The notes beneath the pieces are model-generated. The model was not told the origin of the DNA and searched no databases. It saw nothing but the letters and a program-made list of their open reading frames with translations. A stretch of DNA of 64,000 nucleotides from Pelomyxa schiedti (taxonomy: Eukaryota; Protista; Evosea): positions 62,001-126,000 of the forward strand of contig JAHLWZ010000277.1 of assembly GCA_020536535.1 (NCBI GenBank), read 5' to 3'. Positions 11,562-23,646 of this stretch are shown here, piece after piece. Each line of letters begins with the position of its first letter. Position 1 is the stretch's first letter. The position numbers were made by a program, and so were the translations under genes.

Positions 11562-14500
11562 ATGGATGCAATTGCCAGTATCTACCCCGACGGTACAACC
11601 ACCGAGAGGTTGCCCACACCCTCGACGTCGTCACGAGCAGCAACAGAAGTTCGCGTCCCCGTCGGTGGTGGTGCCATATGCAAGGTCACAGTCAATATCC
11701 CTAGTGAACTCGATTCCCAATCATTGCCTCGCAGCGATGGCGCCAGTGGCAATAGCAACGGCGGACAGCCTGGTGCTGCTACTATTGGACAGGTGGTTTT
11801 CCATACAGCGGACAGCGAGAAGTGCGTGAAGGGGTGTGCTGCGGCCAGTGACGATGAGAATGTGAATGTGAATGTGAATGGGAAAGTTGTTGTGGTTGTG
11901 CTTTACCGCCCTTGTGATGGGAGGGATTCTGAGGCTGCGGATCCCGAGGAGGCATTACTCGACGATGTCGCTTGGCTGTATGGGCGGCGCCGGCCACTTA
12001 CAAAGGATATGAATGATATGCCCTTCATACTGGTAGATTGCAGTGATGGACCAATTTTTAGACCCGAATTCCGAACAGGTGTCAAAGTGACACCGCTTGA
12101 AATGGCTTTCAGGGTAACTAAATCAGTTTTCCTGCATGTATTTAACACAACACCTCAGCTAAATGTCTGCAAGTTTATCAAGTGGGCTCCCAACTCAAGA
12201 GTTGCTATGAAGCGGTTCGTACATGCAGTTTTTGAAGAAGGTCTATGCGGCAAAGGTGCTCGTTTTATTCTTCTCATTCCTCCCCATTTTTTTAAAAATC
12301 AATACTCTCCTTGTCACTAGATCTGTACAGTACCTCAGACAAGATCGAATATGAATCCCTATTTTCAAGTGAGTGGTCGACACTCAACATCACTAGGATT
12401 GCTCCTCAAACTGTACGGCAACTAATTGAGTTGCTCCATCCACCCTGTCTTCATTCATGGAAGGAAGGAGAGCGCCGCCACAAACTCGAAGCACTGGCAC
12501 TGCGGTCATGGGTAAAAGTTCGGAATTGGCCTGCAGTACGAGAAGTGGTACTGTACAATGCCGTGAAGCGGCAAGAAGTTAATCTGTCATTCCTCAGGTT
12601 GGGCTCAGTGCCAGAACAGCTCCAAGGAATTTCCTGTGTAAAATTAGACCTTATTGAAAATGGGATCCAGGAACTTCCGCAGTGGCTATTGCAATCAAGA
12701 GTGGGCTCAGTTCCCCTCGCTGGCAATCCAGTGGTAAGGCCTACTCCAGATCTTCTCAATCGTGGATGGGAGGATGTGCAATACAAGACATTGTTTGGAG
12801 ACGATCCGATGGAATCGTCAATACATAAACTCATTCTGATCGGAGCGAGTGCCGAAAAGAGTTCCTTATTAAGAGCCATGAAGGAAGGAAAAACTAAAGT
12901 CAAAGTGGTTGGCGAAGGTAATAGAACTGTTTTAGTTCAGGAACACAAATATTGTAAATTGCACCGGAAATCAGAAGAGATATGGACAGTGTGGGAGTTG
13001 GGTCTGCAACCACTTTTCAATTCTGTATCTAATTTCACCCAGGACATGAAGGGCATTGGAGCTCATGTTACCTGCCATTACTTTGCAGTCACTCGCATTT
13101 TTTGATTGTTTTCAATGCTCTCGAAGCATTAAGGCAAACACAAAGCATTCTAGCATTCTGGCTCAACCAAATTTCCCTCTGCCGATATGGCTCAAGCATG
13201 TATGTAAGATCACATTCAGGAAATGCACAAGTTTTCTTCGTTGCAACTGACTGCAAGGGCTTTCCACATGCTCAAAAGAGCAAGGAAATTGTTGCCTCTG
13301 TTATGTCTACGCAAAGGGCTAACATCGAGCTTGGTGGTTTTTATTCTATTACACTACAGGATGGTAAGGGGCTGGCATGGAAAGAATCTCTTGATTTCCC
13401 AGCTTCGACAAATAGCGCAGTCAAAGGCATTACTGACCTGCTAGAAAATTTTGCGAGTAATGAAAATGCACCTGTTTCACCAAGATGGATCGCCCTCCAC
13501 AATTCCCTTCTAAAGGTGAAGGAAGATACTATACCATGGTCTCGATTTGTAAGGCTGGCGCATAAATACATTAGAACAAAGAAGCAACCAGACCACATCA
13601 GAAGGAAAGAACTTGAATTATGTTGCAACTGGCTGTCTGACATTGGAACTATCATTCACTTCAGGCACCCTTACTTCTCACAGGATCAGGACATCACAAG
13701 CCTTCCACCTAGTTGTTCTTTGTTGAATATTGTTGTCCTGAATCCAGAGTGGTTCCAGACAGTCGTGTCCGCCCTAAATGGAGATCTGCCTGCCGGACCC
13801 CACAGCATTCGTGCGTACACTTCATTGGACAACCTTGTTATCCCTACCTCTCAGAGAATGCCTCTGTTACACTCAAAACTCGGGCTCATCATGAAACTTC
13901 ACCACCAATATCATTATGCCTTCGCCGCCTTGATATCACCTGCACATGACCAACTGGAAACTGAGGTTGAATATCATTGGAACCACAAAGGATCACCAGG
14001 AAGAATTATCTTTAGTGGAGTACTAGTTGACTTTGGTTATCTCCCGCTAGAATCCTTTGGTCCAATGATGAGTGCACTTTGTGGTAGTCCAGATATAGCA
14101 ACCCTCTTATGTTGGAAGAGAGGAGTAGTATTATCTAGGCGCTTCTCTCCAATGGGGGACTTTGATTCCAGAACCTCATCCCAGCGTATACCACTTGAAC
14201 AATATGTTCTCCTGAGATACATCAGAGATAAGAAGACAAAGAGGACAAGAATACATGTTTGCATGAAAACAATAGACGAGAACGGTGAGCAACCATTATG
14301 TTGGAGGGACAACTTGATGACAAAAGTTTTTATCCTTCTCAACAAAACTGGCAAAGAGAATAATATCCAAAGCATTCAGTCATTCCCTTGCCCGCATTGT
14401 TTCTCCACTTTATATCGTGAACGAAGTTCAGTGCGAGACAAGTCCGAGCAATCGCAGAAAATATGGCACAGCTTTGATGACTATAGTTATTCATATTTCT

Positions 14501-15855
14501 CACAGAATGAAGTAGTGGATGCTCTTGTGAAGGGACAAAAATGTGTAAAATGTCCTACCCCAGGTTGCAGTGAGTCTGTAGAACTTTCTGATGTGGCACC
14601 AGCATTGTTTAACTTGGGTTTCCCAATAATTACGCTTCACAACTCCACGGAGGTTGCTGCTAACTCTGGGGCATCTGAAGCTTCCACTTCTTTGAATTAC
14701 TGTAGTTTTGGCGGTGAAAAGCTGTATGCCGTGCCGCTTCAGAGTTATACGGCAAGTGAAGGGACTCTTTCAGCCGCAGGCGTTTTTCTTAATGAGATGG
14801 TAGCTTGGAGTGGAATTCCTCATCACGAAAATGTGTTGCGATTCTTTGGTGCTTGCATCTCCGGAACAACACTATATGCAACATTTGAGTTTTTACTTCC
14901 AGCAGTTACATGGATTCCAACTCAAACACGTGAAATTGAAACAACGGTGCCTGAAAGGCTTCGCCTGGCAGACATTTTGGAAATGTGTCATTTACCGCAA
15001 AAAAGGGATAACCCACTCTCTATACTGGAGCTGCCCACACAAATGAAAGAAAATATCATCAGGGATATAGCATGTGGACTGACACACCTTCACACACAAC
15101 TACCTCCCACTGTGCATGGTGACGTTTGCGCTGGTTAGCATCTCCACATATTCGCCGTACCTCTTACTAACATGATCACCCAGACAACATTGCAATTGCG
15201 CCCCTGGCGCAATGGCCAGGTATCAGGGCCAAGGTAATGCTGTTAAACCAATCAATATTCACTTATCTGAGATTTCCAAAGATAGGTCCCCCACGGTGGG
15301 CACAAGTCACAAAAAGGACAAGAGAGCCTCCCCCATTCCTAAGTCCTGAATCGGCCGCAGAATCCCCAAGTACTCAGTACAGCAGCGAAAAGGCTGATGT
15401 GTGGAGCTTTGGTATAGCTACCTCTCCCTCTATTTATGCACCCTCTCATTAAAATGGAACCGATTCCCGTTGCTTGAATATTCCAAACCCAAACAAAACC
15501 ACCTCTAGGTTGCGTTGTTCACCAGATTTTCAACCCTTTGGCCCCAAACATCGAACTCGAGCCAAACCCAGAATACTTCGTCCCGCTAAGAAGCCGGCGT
15601 CAATCCCAATTAGAACCATTCTCTCAACAACAACAAGAACCTCCTGTCGCTCAAGTGCCGCTGTTCCAACTTGGTCTGGCACTCGCCACCGGGGCATTCC
15701 TGCTAAGGAACAAAGACATCCCATCATCGCCATCACAACCACAGTGGGCGCGGCAGCTGATCACAGCGTGCTGGACTATGGACCCAGTCCTCAGGCCATC
15801 CATGAAGAACCTCTTGGACATAATGGCCCTTTGCGCTCCGGACCAACGCGGCTAA
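11562..15855 (+). CDS. Roco-family protein (LRR-ROC-COR-kinase) with degenerate GTPase and kinase motifs
   Basis: LRRs (LNITRI, LDLIENGIQELP, LAGNP), ROC KLILIGASAEKSSLL and WTVWELG, COR CNWLSDIGTIIHF and VVLNPEW, kinase HENVLRFFG, DIACGLTHLH..VHGD, EKADVWSFG, LITACWTMDPVLRPSM. Introns at about 12257-12320, 13001-13043 and three in the kinase region. Confidence 0.82.
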
Positions 15856-16018
15856 TTGCGGGCCAATTGGCCCCAACTTGCTCGAACAAGTTGAAGTGTT
15901 GTTCTAATTGCCACACAACAAAACCGAAGAAAACAATCATCAACAAAAATATAAAAATAAAAAAACAACAGGAAGCAAAGACAAGAGTCACATAAACAAA
16001 TACCCAATCGACTGTTAA

Positions 16019-16989
<971 letters not shown>

Positions 16990-17363
16990 GTGAGACAGTA
17001 CGTTCGGTGCGTGGTGATTGAAAGAAAAAACATTCGCTCAGCCACTCCACAACATACCCACACCCCCTATGATAGTAAAAATGTTTTAGTCAAAAGGAAG
17101 TTGTCATAAATGTAGCAGAATTCACTTCGTAAAAAAAGCAAAAAAGAACAGGGATGTTATGTAACGTGAGAATGGGAAGGACTTGAGTCAAATTGTTTGT
17201 TGCGAGGAAGGAGACACAAAGAGAGAGACACATTCCTCAAATGCAACCACCGGTGGTACTTCCGTGGTGAAACTGGAAAATAGCCCAACAGTAAGATGGA
17301 CAACAAGTCATCTTCTGACGTTGATGCCGGGCCGGCGATTGTTTTCAAACATATCATGGTGAG

Positions 17364-19520
17364 TTAGGGATTAGCATGAAGCCACAGTTCTGTGTGAGGA
17401 CTAACATGAGGTGCACGACGTAGGTATTCTGTCACCTCATTGCGGGTGAGTGAGAACCTGGACATTGACCACATCGCAATGGCTGGTCTGCATGTAGCGA
17501 CCCTCATGAATTGGTCGCTCCGGACTGTTTTTGGGTCTGGAGAGAACTTGTTCATAAGCTGCTTCCACATTGAGAGCCCAACATTTTGGACAAGGAAGGA
17601 AGAACTCAAAACCTCACTGAGCTGTATGTCAAATGTTTCAATCAACCACATCAAGCAGTGTGATTTGTCCCGTTCCAGAGGGCAATCAATCAGTTGCACA
17701 TGACGATCCGGATTATTGAGGTGATTGGCATTGAGATGGGAGACAAGCCACTTGATGTTCTTGCTGGAACAGATGTACATGTCTGAAGCCCAGGAACTAT
17801 TGACATCATCAGCTGACAATGTAACCATGGACTGAAGACGCTTCACATCATAAATGGAGCCATGGAGAACAGCTTCAAGCACATGGTGGCGAAGTTCTGT
17901 GTCCTCAACAGAAATGTGGAGTTCCTCTAGCACAAAGAAGATTGCCTTAATGTTGTATACTTCCAGGATTGCCTTTCTGGCTGCAGTTAAAATTTGAGCC
18001 ATATCCACACGCTGCAGGAACCATTTCACCCCGTTCAAAGTTGAATCACTGCTCATGGTGCCAAGAATGTCAATGAAATTGGCTCCAGCAGCACCAGTGG
18101 AATTAATCAAGTTCATTATGTTGAAAGTGCTTTCAAGCCACTCGGCAATGCCTATGTTGCTGCAGGCCAGTGCCCTCTGTAGTAAGGTTTGGTGATCCTT
18201 AGGCGAGAGTGTCACCCTTTGTGACAACCACTTCACAAAGTCCACGTTATCATCAGGGCAGTCACACGCACTGAAGCATGTTCTAAGTGTTGGTGTGACT
18301 GACCTTTCGGTCACCAACCACTTGACTGTTTCAAAATTAGAAGTCAGACGAAAAATGTAGTGCAAGCGGCTTGCTGTTGGGGAAATGGGAAACTCTTCAA
18401 TTACCCATCTCATGCAGTGTGGATTGCGTGAAAGAGCCAGGAAGGATAAACTTAAATCACCAGAAATGTCCAGCTGCTTTTGCACCCACTGGCAGAGCTC
18501 AACAGAACTGTTTTCATTGCACACCAAGCAACTAAAGACAGATTTCTTGTCCTCTGCTTCTGGAAAGGAGAAGTTCTCAATCCACCACTTCAGGAGCATT
18601 GGGCAGCTACCCCGCGCACAGTGATCAGCAATACAACAAAAATCAGCCAAAGGCTTTGCCAGGCCAAACTCCATCACCATCCACTGTGTGACTGGCACAT
18701 TCCCAAACAAAATAGCTGCCTGCACCATTTGCCATAGCTCCCAAGGCTGTTTCATGCCCAGCCACTCAAGAACCCACTTTACAGACTCAACTGGTGTGCC
18801 ACTGAATCGGAACAGTTTCGAGCGGTACCAGTTGCTACCCTTTAAGTCCTCCCTAATGTCTATGTCCTCTGGTGAGCCTGGTGCCGCCGGCCACCTCACT
18901 CCACACTGGTTCCATGTTGAATCAGTGCCATTCACAAGTCCAACGGCCAAGTCCACATGGCCCCCACACAGCAGCCCAGTAAGAATGCTCACACAGACTT
19001 TCTTGTTCCTTTATTTTGTATTGTAGCAATAAGTCCATATGAGGGTTTTGTTTTTCAAATTTTTCCTGGTTTTTTTTCCACAATTTATAAAGGCTTCAGC
19101 ATGTTTATTTGAAAAATGCTTTTGTATGCTATATTTAGTTCGATTGTCAGAGACACACCTCGCGGGCTGGGGGCTCCCATAATCAGCGTACTGGCGAGAC
19201 GATATCCACCGAATGCACGAGGGCGCGCGGGCCCACGCGGCACACTGGAGCCTGAAGTGGCGCGACTCCCGTGGGAGCAGCTCCGCCGCGAGGGAGCACG
19301 CGCGCGGCACCAGCGGGAACAGCCCCCCGGCCACGCGGTACAGAGCCACCGCCGCCGCCTCGTCCGCCGCCTCCTCCGCCTCCCTGGTGCCCGCCGTGGG
19401 CGCCGCGGCGCCCAGAAGCCACCCCGGCGCCACCACCCACTCCCACACAGCACGGGACACGGCCAGCACCCGCCAAACTGGGTCCTCGTCGCCGCGGTTA
19501 TGGGACGGGGCTGCGCCCAT
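17364..19520 (-). CDS. Degenerate ankyrin-like helical repeat protein, two exons
   Basis: Repeating AxxxGxxxxxKWLV-type units (VKWVL, TQWMV, LKWWI, VKWLV, AEWLE, IKWLV). GC-rich first exon from MGAAPS, intron about 19159-19010, then a long second exon. Confidence 0.7.
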
Positions 19521-19699
19521 TGCGGAGCTGCCCGGCGCAGAGATGCGATGCTGGGTTTTCTTTTTGTTCAACGACGAGGAATTCTGGTTCCTTGTAGAAG
19601 AGACGTCTCTTCGAGGAAAAGAGATCCGAAAAATCTGTGTGATTGTAGTTGTTCCAATCAAGTGCCGGGAAAAATATAAAAAAACAACAACAGCACAGG

Positions 19700-21481
19700 A
19701 TGCTGTCCCCGGCAGTAGATCGCGGTGTCGGTTCCGGCGTTGGTGTCGTAGTTCAGCACCGCACGAAGCAATATACCGCTCCTACTCGCCATCGTGAGGT
19801 GATTATCCCTTGTTTTTTTTTTCTGGTTGTAATTTTTTTATTTCCCCCTCGTCGCAGCCTTCCAGCCCTGACACTGACCTGGCAGGGTAAAAGACTTTGT
19901 TTTTTTGTTCGGTTAAATTATATTTTAACTTATATTCAATTTTAGGCATCGGCCGCAAAAAAAAGGGTCTTGGACCCCCGAGGTTTATTTTCTAACATCA
20001 CGTACCACTCACATTTACAAAAAAAAAGGAGGATGCCATGCTACTTGTGCTTGTGAATGGGAATGGCCCAACACCGGATTGGTCTAATATAGCCTCCAAG
20101 ATTGAAGGTAGAATAGGAAAGCAGTGCCGAGAAAGGTAACCACTTTCCATACGAAATAGAATTGGCTAATCACCACAGATATTATAATCATCTGGCACCA
20201 GAAGTGCGCAAGGATGCGTGGACCACAAAAGAGGATGAACTTATCATTCAAGCTCACAGTAGCTTGGGAAACAAATGGGTAGAGATTGCAAAGATGTTGC
20301 ACGGACGCCCTGCTAATGCCATCAAAAATCGCTGGAATTCAACTCTTAAGGTTGTTGTTTTCTTCAAGCCTTTCTGGCTAAGTCTGTGCAGAGGAGAGTC
20401 GGTGCCTTGGGATCTCCTGCAGTACCTGCAGTGACCCCCTCTGTATCATCGATTTCAAGTCCTTCCTCTGTGCTCACTCCATTGAGAACTGGCGTTTGCA
20501 ATCAAACTACAGAGAACTTGGAGACCCCGGTCAATCAAGATGAATCAACCTGTCCTCTCAAACGTGGTGGATACAACCTTGATGTTTCCACCCCAAAGAA
20601 GCCTCGCAGTCAGTCTTTCGATCCCCCTACCCAGGTAAAGCAAGGTAAGGTAACTCCTTTTGTTAACAGTATGGCAGGTGGAACCTGTCGCTGTACCTAA
20701 CCCTGCATTTGTTGATCCTCTATGTACTCCAGGAGGAACGGACTCCATCACTACCTTCCAACCTGTTTTTGTACCCCCAGTCAATCAGTTTCCATCTGTG
20801 GTTTCCACCCATCGGCACCATAGGCACCACCATCATCATCACACTGATGAAAGTGACAGCAACGTGGATGGGACTTATCCGATTCCATATCAATGTGTAA
20901 ATACCAGCAACGAGGCCCTAGCTGAGCACCCTTTAAAGCAGGAACAAGTTGTTGAGGAGACCCAGGCTGAGGATGACCAATACCAGCCACCGTATCAGCA
21001 GCCACATTACCCCAGACACTTTTCCAGCCAACCATCTAACACAGAACAATTCACCTTCAGCCAACACAATTGTCTGTCAGCTCCAGGATTTCCTGGAAAT
21101 TCATGGCCTTCTGGGCTTGCACAAGGCCAAACAGAGCAGAATCCTGTCTACCCCATGCACATGCCACAGCCATTCACATACCCCAGTAACACCATCCCGT
21201 CTCCTCTACCCTTGGAACAATTCACAGTACCTGGAGGAGATAGTATTGTAACACAAGCCTATCTCAATGATTGGGCAGCTTTCTATGTATTTTAACCGGC
21301 ATTGCTGTATATATCCCTCACCATAACTTCAGGAAACCTCAACAAGACCCAACGTGTCTCCAGACTATTTCCTAAGTGGAGACATGTCTACAATGGGGTT
21401 CATACCATGTAAGTTCTCTTTTTTTCCCCTTTTCCTCAACACTGCTCAGGTGACATGCCCTCTTTCCCTGGGTTTTCTTGA
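19700..21481 (+). CDS. R2R3-type Myb transcription factor, multi-exon
   Basis: KGSWTPEEDAML...[76 protein letters not shown]. The end is 21295 or 21481 depending on two terminal introns. Confidence 0.93.
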
Positions 21482-21628
21482 TTGTCCTGGCAAATGTCTC
21501 CTTTGTAACTTAAGGCTGTATTTTTGTTTGAATGCCATCAAACACAAAAAGGGAAAAAAAAAACGAGTACATATTTACTTCCACCACCAAAAATACATAG
21601 TGGGTCTGTTTTGGAATTGCACAATGAC

Positions 21629-23337
21629 CTAAGGGTTGTACATATTGTCAGAGTCAACAGCATAAAGGGCACGGCCACCATCTCTTGGGCTGTAAATTGT
21701 TTAAAGAGGGCTGGTACTTAACACAGTAAAACAGAGAGTACCTTGTGTAGTAGGAGCCATCAGATTTTTCTCTCCCTTCATTAACAAGCCACAGGTGACC
21801 ACTCCCTGTAGTGCTAGCATAGGTTCCCTCGGGGTAATAAGACCAGGTGCTTGCACCAACGTCGTACTCTTTCCAACCAATGGTCAAGCTCACAAGGAAC
21901 AGGGAGCCATAGTCCCTTGAACTTGCCAATCTGTAGTCATCCCGGTCTGATGTCTGTACAACTGGAGCAGCACCTTGCACATTGCGTTTGTTCATGGTGT
22001 AAGCACGCTCGGCAACAACAAGGCCACTGTCTCCAGCTATCAGTTTGCCGTTACTGTCATAAGGCCAACGATACATCCGTCCCCCCATTCCTGGGGCAGA
22101 GGCTGGGTCAGCTGTGCATGGGCTGCTACCATCGTTGCAATACTCGCCACTCAAAATAACTCCTTGTGTTTGAGTAGAGTCTTTCCCAAGCCAAGAAAAC
22201 TGTCACAGCAAAAGTAAGAACGCAAGGCATTAACGAGTGAGATACACGAACCTTAGCAAAGCATACATCCGTGTCAGGCAACGAGCTGTTGTCAATTTTG
22301 CTCACCAAGTACTTGGTCAGCTCTGGAACAGCATACTTATACCCGTACGCACACCACACCCCTGTGGAAACCTGGCCAATCTTATCACTGCATGTGTCAT
22401 CAGTGCTCATTGCTCGAATATCACTCAGGTCGAAGACTCTCATTCCATTATTTGTATCAGCAAGGTAAAGAAAGTTTTTTATCCACACAACGCCGCCAGC
22501 ATGATTAACCACTGTTGCTTCTTTAAGTAAAACGAAGATTTTCGAGCATTCAAACCTGGTTCGTAGGTACCAGTACCAGTTGGGTGAACTAATAACAGAT
22601 GGCGATATTGCGTTGTTACCCCTGCACTGGTCTGGCTAATATTGGCAATGGAGATTCTGACGCCCTTGTTTGAATAAGGACTCACAGGAGGGTTTGGATC
22701 GCCGCTCGGAGCATCACTGTTGTAGTACCAACTGGTAATGGCATAATAATAGTCTCCAATCTTACCCTGTGTCATACCCTGAGGAACCCCTAAATCCAAA
22801 GTGGGATTTGATTAACCGAATCTAGAATGAATACAAGCTACATACAGTATTCCACGGATTGGTCACCACTCTCCCAAGTGTATCCATACAAATAAGCCCC
22901 AGAAGGTGCCATTGGAGTCGCGGAAGAAGCTATTGCAGGTGCATTCCTGTTGAGGTCGCTCACCAGCGTATCCAAGCTGACTTTGCCCTTGCCGATACTC
23001 GCGCCCCATTCGGCCCAAGTGTTCCAAGTGCCCTCATCCTGTTTGTGTGTGACTAAAGTACTAGGTGTTATTACCGTATATTAATGCATATTCACAACTC
23101 TGTGCCAAAAGTTTATAATATATTGATATGTGAAAATTCTACTTTACAAGGGGGAAAAAAAAGGCTCGGCTCGGGACTTACCCTGAGGTACATGCACGAT
23201 GAGTACGTCTTCATTGGTTGGTCCTCCCCTTCAGTTGGTGTGAATCTCAGCGTCTTCGTCTCCGCGTCGCTTGAACGAACGCCGCACACGACACCGACTG
23301 CCAACAGCGCCGCCGAGATCCACTTGCACCACCACAT
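21629..23337 (-). CDS. Secreted beta-rich protein of an uncharacterised actinobacterial/fungal-type family, multi-exon
   Basis: Signal peptide MWWCKWISAALLAVGVVCG. Ordered motifs WVPQGMT, TSWY, NKGVRISI, YRHLLLVHP, HAGGVVW, LYLADTNNGMRVFDL, GYKYAVP, LSGEY, YRWP, PEG, LWLVNE. Confidence 0.7.
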
Positions 23338-23646
23338 CAACAACGAGTTTGATTTTGGGAAATCTGCGGGAGGCGAACGAATCCCTCAATCTGATTCGCC
23401 AGTATCCAATCTTGGTAACAACGAAGTGTTGCGCCACGCGGACTCCAGGTTTAGGCCGAAACATTTACATCCGTTACAAACCGAATTTTAAATTAGAACA
23501 GCACTTTTTTGCGCGGCCATTTCCTCCCTTTATAATCGGCCGCACCACCATAAAAAATTTAAAATCGCAATTCGGCTTCTCTTTTGTCCTCGAAAAGAAG
23601 GAACCTCGCCCTGCCTCTTGAGTGACGACGAGTGCACGCGACCAAG

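Noticed and set aside
13001-13105. Apparent programmed frameshift or overlap between ORFs 12311-13105 and 13102-15138
   Set aside because: A ~43-nt GT-AG intron (about 13001-13043) joins them in frame.
19085-19797. Multiple overlapping ORFs on both strands
   Set aside because: A GC-rich exon with few stop codons. Only the MGAAPS frame splices to the downstream repeat exon.
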